Below, piece by piece: positions 22,228-33,340 of a stretch of DNA of 64,000 bases (positions are counted from its first letter, which is position 1; the number at the start of each line of letters is the position of its first letter). Position numbers and translations under genes: made by a program. The stretch is from Macrostomum lignano. Lineage: Eukaryota. The DNA lies in the NCBI GenBank assembly GCA_002269645.1, contig NIVC01000832.1, forward strand, positions 62,001-126,000, read 5' to 3'. A model generated the notes under the pieces. It was not told the origin of the DNA, did no database searches, and was given only the letters and a program-made list of their open reading frames with translations.

Positions 22228-23320
22228 TACAACAACAACAACAACAAGGTACTGCTCCCGCCGGCCACGCAGTAGCCAGAAAGGGGGGAGCAGACAGAAA
22301 GCGCGTCTCTGGGCCATTGCCCTCAGGAAGTCGCATCCCCCTGCTTGGTCCGGGGCGCCAGCGTCAGTCAGAAGTCGGTCAGGGTATCGCACCTTCGCCC
22401 TTGGCCTCGCCTCCGCGGTCTTTGCAGCTTGAGCAGCAGCACGTCGTGTAGCGGCTCAGGACAACGGGCCTCCAGTGGCCAGCCAGTCGAAGTCGCCGCC
22501 CGCGCAGCAGGTCAGAAGGCTGCGTCAGGCGCGCCCTAGTGTAGAGCGCGGCGCTGGTCTCGCTGCCTGGGCCGCTGCGCACTCCGAAGGTCACACGCAG
22601 CATTGCCGCATGCGCAGCGTCCAGCTGCCTCTAAGGCGCCCGTTAGGGTCCAAGTCTCGGCGTTGTACAACAGGACAGTCTCGACTACTGCCTGAAACAG
22701 CCGAGCCTTGAGCCCCTCGTCCAGGGCCTCAGATTGGAGCACGGAGCGCACAGATCGAAATGCGGCTTAGGCCAGTCCTCGTCGTCTCACCAGGTCGTCG
22801 GCAACGTACGGCACGGAGCCGCCGAGGTACACAAAGCGCTCGCAGCGGGTAAGCATAAACGCATTCCCGGCAGCGTCTCGGTAATTGATCTCGACCGGCA
22901 GGTCGGAGGGCACCGTGAACACTACCGTCTTCCGCGCGTTCAGCTTGAGGCCGACCCGCGACACTGCCGCCGTCAGGCCATCAAGCAGCCGCTGGGCACC
23001 TTCAGCCGTCGATGAAAGTAGCGCGAGGTCGTCCGCGTAGCCGAGAACGGAGAGCCGCTTTTCCGGGTGCCGCCGACTCGTGCGTCTTCTCAAAAGGAAG
23101 CCGTCATCCAGGTTAGGCAGGCCGGTACTCAGCACCCAGTCCAGTGCCAGCACAAACAGAAAAGGCGCCAAAGTATCACCCTGCAGCACGCCTGACGACG
23201 TGCTGAATTGGTCTGACAGTCCATCTGGCGTCATCACCGAAGCGGTCGTGTCCTGGTACATCGCCATGATGGCGGAAATCAGTTGCTCCAGCAGTTCTAA
23301 TGCCCGTAGCACCCGTCTTA
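22228..23320 (-). mobile_element. 5'-truncated RTE-clade LINE
   Basis: RT motifs GVLQGDTLAPFLF, GYADDLALL, GLKLNARKT, FVYLGG; C-terminal KARLFQAVVETVLLYNAETW and RRLRLAGH; (TTG)n tail at 22228-22246. Confidence 0.93.
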
Positions 23321-23626
23321 GCGGCCGGATGGGCATACCGCTACGGGTGGCCGCGAGTAGGTGTCGCCTTGCTCGTCATTGGTGGGCTTGCAGGCTGGCC
23401 TCCAGCGACGCAATAGTGTGCTGCGCGGCTAGCAATTCCTGCTGCTGGTCCGCTGCCATATTTAATTCCTACATCGGCATGAAAGGGTTGAGAGAAGCAC
23501 TAATTACACATCAGATGTACATGTAATCTATTATAAGAATAATTAATTACAAAACTGCACCTGAATAGCCAATTCAGCTTGCGCCACTGCGGCGTGGCAT
23601 CTGGCTTCTAATATAGCTTCTTGGTC

Positions 23627-23722
23627 AGCACCGGCAGCGCCGGCCTTGGAGCAATCTGCAGCGCCGGTCTTGGAGCAATCTGCAGCGCCGGCCTTGGAGC
23701 AATCTGCAGCGCCGGCCTTGGA
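23627..23722. repeat. 24-bp tandem repeat, about 4 units
   Basis: gcagcgccggccttggagcaatct repeated. Confidence 0.9.
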
Positions 23723-24264
23723 TGTGTCTATTTTATCGTAATACTCGTAATTATGTCATCAACAATACGGGGTTATATATTGAATCAGAATTCAAATAAA
23801 AGTCGAAGACGAGTTACTGGAATAACGAAGTATATTTAATTTACATTAGAAACAATATGCACACTGGTAAAGCTATGATAAATGTTAGTGTAACACGAAA
23901 CACAGTTTACACTTTAGAGAAATATTAGGAAACAGAATAAAAAAGAATATTATTATGTCCATGACATCAGTATGAAGCACTCATATGCTGTATATATCAT
24001 ACTTTCGTCCAGAATACATGCCCGTCGTTTACCCCGCTTCTAGGCGGCTGCGACACCGGGCGTAGTATCGGATGAATTTCCGGATGCTAATTTGCAGACA
24101 TCCAGAAGTCATCCGGAATTTAGTTCTGTTCTAAGGGGGCCCGGTTTCTCATGCACAGAGCAACCGGATTGATCCGGACATATGGCGGACCAAAAGTCCG
24201 AAAAACAACTTTCGTCCGGATTTCACCCGGAATTCACTCCTGACTTTTAAGAATAATTGGGAAG

Positions 24265-25430
24265 AATAATTGGAAAGTGATCACTATTCAGGTCGTCGCC
24301 CACTTTGAAGTCCTGGATGAACGGGACAAGGTCGCTGGAGGCCAGACCCAGGTCCAGCACATTCCGAGAGACCGTACCTTGCCGGTGGGCTATTCTGGTA
24401 AATTGACCTGGTTGATTTAGGACAGTGGGACGATTTACAGGGTCGCTACAGAGCCAATCATGAAGCTGCTGACCAGCCCTGTTGTTGCGACTTTCGCCCC
24501 CCCCCCAAAAAAAAAGGTGTGTCTGGCGTTGAGGTCACCCATAATAAGAGAATACTTGGCCGAGGACAGCCGAGTCTAAAGACCGACATCAAGGTTGTCA
24601 GGCGATGGAGACCGATAGATCAGGGCCAGTTTGAATGCAGGGCAAGGGCCGTCAAGAGGGGTGACTGTGCAGGTAAGAACCTCGTGGTTGATGTTGTCGT
24701 ACGAAAGCTGGACATCCGCTACATTCACATGAGGGGTGTGTACGAGGAGGAGTCCGCGCTTCGTATTTGGAAGGTCGAACCGCACTGCAGCGTAGCCCAG
24801 GAATGTGCATATTTAGGTATTTTTCAGGATGGTCTCAGAAAACAAGGCAATATCCAACTTTTGGTCTGAGATCCAGAGCCCGAGTTCTTTTAGTTTTGGT
24901 ATTATCCCCCTGCAATTTAGGTGGGCGATCTTAAGCCCTGAGGCAGTGGGGTTCGAGCTATCGTGCCCGTTATTACCGAACGTATTTAAACATTTACATT
25001 CTAGGTCTGGCCATCTACCTGTCGCCGGGGAGCGCCAAGCAGCTGACCAAGACCTTGGTGACTTTCTAACCCGCCTACGAGGACACGGGACAGAACCCTA
25101 CTCACTATGTCGTGCACTGTTTGACCAGAGCCTTCAGTAGTAAGCGGCCCTTCGGCTATGCTCGGCCAGAGGGTTGTAAGCACCTCAGCGAGTGCTTGAA
25201 CCAGGAGAGGAAGTAGCCCACTCACCATTCCTAGATATTCAGAATTTACGCTAGCAATCGGTGGCGTACTGTTGTTTGGTGGCATACTCGGCACAGTCGT
25301 CTGGGTCATGGAGTCGGTCAATTCGCGCACGGGGCGCTTTCGGCTATGGAGGCTAGGGCCAGTCAGCCATGGCAAATCGCCTCCTGTCGCCATTGACGCC
25401 CGTGCCGCGGCGTCGGCTGACCTAGACATT
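24265..25430 (-). mobile_element. Truncated second copy of the AlkB-LINE family (ORF1 tail + APE start)
   Basis: Clearly homologous to 32620-33760 (RFDLPNTKRGLLLVHTP; SRKRPVRE.TDS.TQTTVP). Confidence 0.9.
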
Positions 25431-25807
25431 TTTTCTTTCTTCTTCAGCGCTCGTCTATGCTCCGAAGAATGTGCTCGAAGAATGCTCCGGAGAAGCGAGA
25501 GGGCCAAGCCCGGGTCGGTGAGGAGGCGCTCCACTTCAGTGCCGACCAGGCGAATGCGGTGCGCGTCCCCCCTCGGGCAGTTGTAGATCGCGTGCAGGCT
25601 CGAGTCCGGTGCCCCGCAGTCCTGACAGAGCGGGGAGTCCGTCAGGCCGAAACAATGTCGGACCTCGGTGGCGAGCATTGAGGCACCGGTTCAGAGTTGG
25701 CAGACCCCCGTGTGCTCGGTCCGGCTTCTAGCGTGGAAGGTCGGCCAGGTCGGGGGCATAACGCTGTCGACAAGCGCACGGCGGTCTCGGCGAATGGCAG
25801 CCTTGGC

Positions 25808-26632
25808 TGTAGAAAAAATACTAAACTAAACTAAAGACTATTTAATTGGAGTTAAATTGTAGGATCAGATAAGCCAGTAAGTGGGCGCAGGGCCCAAACC
25901 GATATATTTATAGAACATTTAACTTTGGGGGGTTGAGCCCAGAAAAATAAAGAGAGGGGGTGGAGTGCGCGACTGAGGAAAGAGGCGAGAACGGAGAGCC
26001 AATCAGAACGCAGCAAGGGAGAGAGAGATAAGAGTAACAAGATTGAGCTAGACAGAGAGAGAGAAAACAGAGTAAACAGAGACAAGTGAAGGTGAACTAA
26101 AGAAATGACTAGGAAAGTCGCGACATGACTAGACAGAGAGATGTAGATGTAGTCTTTTCAGTCTTCTCATTGGTTCAAAAACTACTCAATAAAAGTCTAA
26201 GTTTAAAATTCGGTCTTAATATTTTGCATTCACTCTAATGTTTTAGTATTCAAATTCTTACTCATTATGTGTTTTTCAAATCGTTCTGTACACCATTTAT
26301 TGTGAATGTGTTCTCCAATTTAATTCGACCTAATTCTAACTCATTAATTTCAATTGGTAATGGTACTCGAATATTAAAAAAAATGTTCCATTTTTTGGGG
26401 GGAGTGTCGCGACTTTCCTAGTCATTTCTTTAGTTCACCTTCACTTGTCTCTGTTTACTCTGTTTTCTCTCTCTGTCTAGCTCAATCTTGTTATTCTTAT
26501 CTCTCTCTCCCCTGCTGCGTTCTGATTGGCTCTCCGTTCTCGCCTCTTTCCTCAGTCGCGCACTCCACCCCCTCTCTTTATTATTCTGGGCTCAACCCCC
26601 CAAAGTTAAATGTTCCATAAATATATCGGTTT
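25808..26632. mobile_element. Two LTR copies in inverted orientation (25808-26125 minus; 26405-26632 plus)
   Basis: Both start TGTCGCGAC. The plus copy is preceded by a polypurine tract GGGGGGAG; the minus copy ends in CA at 25808. About 230 bp are reverse-complementary. Confidence 0.75.
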
Positions 26633-26880
26633 TCGTCTCTGGTTGCCGGCCTCTCAATCGTCTCGTCTCTGGTTGCCGGCCTCTCAATCGTCTCGTCTTT
26701 GGTTGCCGGCCTCTCAATCGTCTCGTCTCTGGTTGCCGGCCTCTCAATCGTCTCGTCTCTGGTTGCCGGCCTCTCAATCGTCTCGTCTTTGGTTGCCGGC
26801 CTCTCAATCGTCTCGTCTCTGGTTGCCGGCCTCTCAATCGTCTCGTCTCTGGTTGCCGGCCTCTCAATCGTCTCGTCTGC
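26632..26880. repeat. 30-bp tandem repeat, about 8 units, degenerating to about 27170
   Basis: tcgtctctggttgccggcctctcaatcgtc repeated. Confidence 0.95.
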
Positions 26881-27789
26881 CGGCCTCTTCATCGTCTCAT
26901 CTCTTATTGCCGGTCTCGTCTTCGGAGTCTGTGCCGGCAGCATATTCACATTTCAACTCGGGCTGTCGGTCTCGTCTTCGGAGTCGGTGCCGGCGGCATT
27001 TCTCTCTTCTCGACTGTCGTTCTCGTCTTCGGAGTTGGGCCGGCGGCATATTCGCAGCTCTACTTGGGCTGTCGGTCTCTGCTTCGGAGTTGGGCCGGCG
27101 GCATATTCTCTCACTCGGTTGTCGGTCGCTGCTTCGGAGTCTGTGTCGGCAGTCAATCTCACCGGCCTCTTGTCAAATTTTCTTCACTCAGTTCCACTCC
27201 TCTCTTGTCAATGTATTCAGTCGTCTCCAGTCGTTCTTTTCATCAACCTGATTCTCATCTCATCTCATCTCTCGTACTCAACTGACGATATTTTTAATAT
27301 TTTTTCTGTACTGTACATGTACCAGTTGTCATTAGTTAAAAATTGCACATTTTTAAGGGGGAGGGCTGGTCTATCCAGTCTCATCTATATGTCGATGGAT
27401 AGACGGCAGCGCCCAGCGAAATGGCAGCCGTGGTTTGCGGTAAGCGGGCTGCGGCGTCCGCGGCTCTGTCCGCGGCTTCGTTAGCGGGTATGCCACAGTG
27501 GGCAGGGACCCAGGCGAGGTCTATGTCATTGAGATCGCAGGTGCCCAGGCTGATGAGGAACCACCAGCAGGAGAGGCCGCTCTCGGTGCGCTGTTTAAGG
27601 GGGCCCTCTTGCAGGGCCGTGAGCGACGATAGCGAGTCGCTACACAGCCGGATGCGGGCTGTGCGAGGGGCGATCTTCTCCGCGACAAAGGTGAGGGCGT
27701 CCTTGATAGCGCGCATCTCGGCGTCGAAGGAGCTGCATCTTGATATTTTTATGACTTATCTAAATATGTACAGTGCAAAAGTGTTCTGA

Positions 27790-28575
27790 ATTGGTGAGCC
27801 AACAAACAAACTTAAGGCATTAGAAAGAATAGAGAGTCATGCAGGCAGGAGGCCCCCTCCCGGCAAGGTCATGGATTTGAGATTTTTCAATCTGCGATGG
27901 CATTCCTAAGTTTGGTGGTCACAGGAACTTTGTGACCTGGTCTAAGCCAGTCTTTTATGTCCAAGTCAAAGCCGTGGACCCCCGTAAGCACGGCTTTTTT
28001 GTACCATTTCTTGCCCAGGTTCCAGATTCTCTCCTTGAACCTGGGAATTTTGGAGATGTCATGTAAGTAGCTAATTTTAGTATAAACAGGCGCATCTAGA
28101 GAAATTCTGAGTGCCTGGTTTTGGAGAACCTGAAGTTTTTGCAGGAGTGTGTCCGAAGCATTTACTAGAACTGGAGCTCTATACGTCATATCACTTTCTA
28201 TGTAAGACCTGTAGATAAGTCTTAGCGCAAGCTGAAAGATTCTGGTATTGCGAGCAATTCTTCTTAAGGACCCAAGTTTGGAGAACGTTCTGCCAGCAAC
28301 CTTGGAGATGTGCAGATCATATTTAAGTTATTTGTCAAGAGTAACACCTAGAAAAGTAACGGAGTTGAAATACTTGATCTCTTCATTGCCAAGCTTAAGC
28401 AGAGGTTTATCCGGACCTGAGATTCGTTCGTTTTGATACTTGAAGAATGAAATAACCTTACTTTTGGAAGGATTAATACTAATTCCAACATTATCAAGCC
28501 ATTTTTCCAGGGTGACCAAGTAACCATTAAGACGCTTGGCGGCCATGCCCGTTTTCCTAAAAGATAATAATTCCA
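27790..28575 (-). mobile_element. 3' fragment of an I/Jockey-group LINE related to the 37.9-43.2 kb element
   Basis: GISINPSKSK, VTFLGVTLD and KLQVLQNQALR..YTKISYLHDISKIP, homologous to 37896-38500. Confidence 0.88.
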
Positions 28576-30472
28576 AAATTTTAGAAAACTGAAATAAAAT
28601 TAATTAATTAATTTTAGAAGAGATTCTCAAAAAATAGATAAATACCTAATTTTTACGACTTCAAAACATAGTTTTGAAAATTTTCAAAAAAATTTGCAAA
28701 TACGCTTAAAAATTATTTAATTAAGAAAAAATTTGGGCAGGGGTTTCCCCAGGCCGAAGCCAAAAAAACAGCGAAGAAATCAAATAAATAAATAATAGCC
28801 TAGCTAACTAACAGGACAGTGCGTCCTAGACCCGACCCTGAAGAAGGAAGCCCTAAAAGCTTAAGACCCGAAAGTAAATAAAATTGAGAGCAAAAAGAAA
28901 GGGAGGGGGAGTCTCAGGGCAGATGAGACAAGGACAGCGAACTAACTAAAGATAATAGTCCCCAAGACATTCTAAAGGCCGAGAAAAAGAGGAAGAAAAA
29001 AAGTTAATTGAAATAGAAAATGAAGATAGAATTCACAATTGACTTACTGGCAGTAGTTTTGAAGAGTTTTCGAGCAGATGTCAGACCGGCCGGGACGATG
29101 GCAGTGCGCGCAAGGCTTAGGGGGAGGGACGGAAAACGGATGCTTTTCATTTTCATTTTATATTTTCCGAGCGCCTCAGCCCTATTCCAGGGCTCTTACG
29201 CTAATGGTGTATTTGTATGATTCTCGATTAGCATGATACCTGAGTATGAAGTTCCGATTGTGAAATAAAACAAATTAATACAAATTTTCAGTATAAAATA
29301 ATGACAAATATTCAATAAACAAATTAAAACTACGTCAAACAATTTTTTGTATAATAAATACTAGATAGGGAGTAAAGAGGTCAGTTAGAAAATGGGTAAA
29401 ACAGGTGGGTATATGGAAAGTAAAAAATTATATACATATTTAATCACAAAGTAAATCTAAAAAAATCTAAATCTAAATCAAATCTAAAAAAATTCAGCAA
29501 TATAGTGATATTGCAGGTGCAAATCTGTTTAGACAGAGTCAATTAGTTGATTAGAATAGCTATATCCAATTCTTACTACTATTAGTAACTTTACGAAAAC
29601 AAAGGTTACTGAGTGGTCGTAGCCAAATTTTGTCAATATAAATACCGATCCAATCCCTACAGGAGTGCTAACTGGCAGTTGTTTTTGTTAAACGATTGGT
29701 GCTGAAGGCACCTCGGTCAGCCTGGGTAGGGCTCTGTCGATATATTTAAATTAAAAATATAAAGAAAAAAATTTTTTTTGCTCAGAATTGGTTATTCGAG
29801 AATTAAAAGACACGATTTAAATTAAATATTTACATTTAGGAATAAAATAAATAAGTGTTCGCAACTGATAAAAAAGGGGGGAGCTCTGCGGAAAATGGGT
29901 CCTCACAAAGATATTTTGGACCGAAGAGGGGATCAGCGCGAAGTTTTTAGAGTCAGTATTTAAATATTTATATTTGGTTTGAGTATAAAATAATAGCTGA
30001 GCAGCAGGAACTACTACTAGTAGCAGGCAGCAGCCCCTACGCAAAGTATATTGGTTTGGCCTGGTTGGCACTTGTGACTTAAAGTTTATGTATAAAAGCA
30101 ATATTGATATTTGGGTTTGGATAAAAATAAGAGTAAAATATAAAACAAGGCAAAAGCCAGATGTAAAAGGAGCATTTGCAGTTTAAAATAATTGGATTGT
30201 AAAAAGGTAAAGAGAGGCGGAATCAGGAAGAGGTCTACAGCGGATCACAGAGTTTCCGGCAGTACTAACGGGTAAGCACAGCTATTTATACTGTATAGTT
30301 ACTGGGTCATAGGCCCACCCGCCTGATCCAGCACTCTCCGCTACCATCAACGCCTATTTTTATATTAGTCCTTTTATTTGTGCACTGACAGACGGCTAGG
30401 TCCAGAGTAATAGAGAGGGAAGCCACTGTCTTGGGGGCACTCTAAGCTTTTGGGGCAGCTAACCTAGTAGAC

Positions 30473-33323
30473 CTAGGGCGGGTTTTGGGCCGCCGCATTT
30501 GTAGCTGCTTGTCTATTAGCTTGCCTCCTCTTCAGGCTGTCCCATAGCAGGTTCAGCACTGGGGGGCGGTTGCGGGCAGCTCTAGAGAGTTCCGGCTCAA
30601 TGTGGAAATCGTGGTGCCCAGCAGCCTTCACCTTGGAGAGCCAGCCTACGCCCAGGGCACGAATCCTGTCTGCCATCATAGGCATGGCTGCCAGCTCATG
30701 CAGGTAGGCTACCTGGGTGTAACTAGGGGCACCATAGCAGATCCTAAGAGCTAAGTTTTGGATTTTCTGGAGCTTATTGAGATTGCTGGGTGCAATGATG
30801 TTCAGCACCGGGGCACCGTAAGTCAGCGCACTCTCAACATATGCCCTATATAGCATTTTAAGGGTATTACTACTTAGCCGGGTCAGCTTGGCAATGCGGT
30901 TAATGGACAGGGCAAGCGCCCGGCCGTGGCTGACTACTCTTTCAACATGCGAGTTAAGGGTCAGCCGGTAGTCCAGGTTCATGCCAAGGAACCGGACCTC
31001 TTCTTGGTATTCAAGACTCGTGCCTCCAAGTTTCAGCTTAGGGCGAAGGTCGAGCCGCTAAGTTGGCTTATAATTGAATGCAATAACCTGACTCTTGCTG
31101 GCGTTGATCTTAATCCCCTGCCCCCCACACCACTTCCACACGCGGTCAAGGTAGAGTTGCAGGAGTGTCTTGAGGCCAGCAAAGGAGTCCGCCGAGGCCC
31201 AAATGGCCATGTCATCGGCAAATTGGCTTCGCTTGAGGTTTGGTTGTCTTGGCCGAGGCAGGGTGCTGATAAAGAGCAGGTACAGGAAGGGGCTCAGAAT
31301 ACCACCTTGGGGGACGCCTGCCTGTAGCTCGTACGGCTGGCTGAGCTCCCCATTTACCTTCACCTGCATTAGCCTGTCTGCTAGGTAGTCAGAGCAGATC
31401 CTGACGAGGGCGTCCGGCGTGTTGACTTCGTACATTCTGAACCTCAGGTAGTCATACCACACCGAATCGAACGCCGCTTGTACGTCAAGGAGGATGGGCA
31501 GAATCATTTTTAGTTTAGCTTTGCCCACCTGGACGTCTTGGACGAGGCGGACAAGATTATCATAAGTTGAGTGGACCTTCCGGTACGCACATTGATCCGC
31601 GCCGAGGATACCCTGGCCCTCAAGATGCTTCATCAGCCTCCTCACCAATAACTTCTCGAACACCTTGCCGAGACAGGAGGTCAGGCTAATGGGCCGATAG
31701 GATCCCGGGGATTCAGGAGGTTTGTCAGGTTTAGGAATCATCGTCATCACCGCTTTTTTTCCACTGCGATGGGAAGATGCCCGTACGATAGCAATCATTG
31801 AAGAGTTTAGTGATGCGGGTGACTGCTATAGGCTCTAGGCCATATTTAAGGACGCAGATCGGAACTTTGTCTAGGCCCGGAGCACTGTCAACTTTTAGGT
31901 GGTCCAGCTCCCAGAGGGTGTCTGTAACAGAAAACGGAGCCTCCAGGGGGTGGCCCATGTATGGATCTGCGCCCGAGGGGACTGGTCTAAAGATGGGGAG
32001 CTTCATAGCCTGCTCAACCCTCTTCTTCAGATCCTCGTCAGTCGATGGAATCGGGCGCATTTTGACATCTAGTGCTCTCGCTAGCATATCAGCTTTGTCT
32101 GAGTCAGTATGTGCGAGGGTGGCGCCATCGTTTAAGGACGGAATAGTGGTGCCCTTTTTGCGCCCCATCAATTTTTTTGTGTCCTGCCAGAAGTCCTTGA
32201 CATTCTGGCATTGACTTTTTTCAACTATTTTCTTGCACATTTGGGTAAACTGGCCTTGCTCAAACGAATGAATAGCGCTTTTTATTTCTTTCGCCTTTCT
32301 ATTCGCGAGCAGGCTAAAATTGTCATCCCTGGTACTGTGGTACTGACGCCGGAGCTTCCTCCTCTCCTTGATCATGGCAATGATCCTCTGGGGGAGGGCT
32401 CTACGGCCGTTTCTGACCGGGACATTGTCCTCGATGGTTTTCTGGATCGCGTTCGTGATGACGTCGACCTCCGCATCAATTTGCTGGTCTGGAGGCCACG
32501 CATGTACCAGTTTTTCCATCAAGGAGTTTTGGAACTCTTCCCAGTTTGCTTTGGCAAAGTTCCTAGCCTTCTCCGGCCCTTGCCAATCTGGGGAGTTACT
32601 CGCCAGGGTGAGTATGATTGGGAGATGGTCACTGTCCAGGTCAGAGCCCACTTTAAAGTCTTGAACAAATGGGACGAGGTCACCGGAGGCTAACCCAAGG
32701 TCGAGCACATTCCGGGACACAACGCCTTGCCGGTGGGCTATTCTTGTGAACTGGCCTGGTTGGTTGAGAACGGTGGGGCAGTGGGACGGATCGCCGCAGA
32801 GTAAATCATGGAGCTGCTGCCCTGCTCTGTTGTTGCGACTTTCAGCACCCAAGAAGCTGTGTCTAGCATTGAGGTCTCCCATGATGAGCGAGTATTTTGC
32901 CGAGGACAGCCTCGTCAAAAGTCCGGTGTCGAGGTTGTCCGGCGACGGGACCGGTAAACCAGGGATAGTTGGAAAGGTGGACATGCGCCGTCAACAGGAG
33001 TGACCGTGCAGGTAAGGACCTCATGGTTGACGTTGTCGTACGAGAGCTGGACGTCTGCTACCTTAACCCGTGGGGTGTGAACAAGGAGGAGTCCGCGCTT
33101 CGTATTCGGAAGGTCAAACCGCACTGCAGCATAGCCCGGGAAAGTGCATACTTAAGTATTTTTCAGGATGGTCTCAGAAAAACAGCGCAACATCCAATTT
33201 CTGGTCTGAGACCCAGAGCCTTAGTTCTTTTAGTTTCGGTATTACCCCCCTGCAGTTTAGGTGGCCGATCTTAAGCCCTGAGGCAGTGGGGTTCGAGCTA
33301 TCGTGCCCGTTATTACCGAACAT
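30473..33323 (-). pseudogene. LINE ORF2: apurinic endonuclease + reverse transcriptase, frameshifted
   Basis: LKIGHLNCRG, MGDLNARH, LDSDHLPI (APE); APGLD, YRPISLTSCLGKVFEK, LDVQAAFDSVW, GVPQGGILSP, QFADD, KINASKSQ (RT). Confidence 0.95.
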
Positions 33324-33340
33324 ATTTATCCTATATTATT

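Larger units (their letters stand above)
25431..27740 (-). mobile_element. RNase H-containing LINE (I/LOA/Ingi group) 3' fragment, split by an insertion at 25808-27404
   Basis: RNase H: CSDSLSSL..LAWVPAHCGIPANEAADRAA (27381-27716). C-terminal zinc finger: GLTDSPLCQDCGAPDSSLHAIYNCP. GAA/A tail at about 25431-25447; the frame rejoins as ISLGAAKAAIRR. Confidence 0.85.

Noticed and set aside
23340-23460. Gypsy gag start (MAADQQQELL...)
   Set aside because: Too short, interrupted by a stop, and no convincing PBS or LTR upstream.
26488-27484. Long ORFs in all frames
   Set aside because: Produced by the 30-bp tandem repeat and LTR sequence; no domain.
30200-30300. Hammerhead ribozyme in the LINE 3' UTR
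   Set aside because: GAAAC and CTGTGA-like words occur, but the order and stems do not fit the catalytic core.
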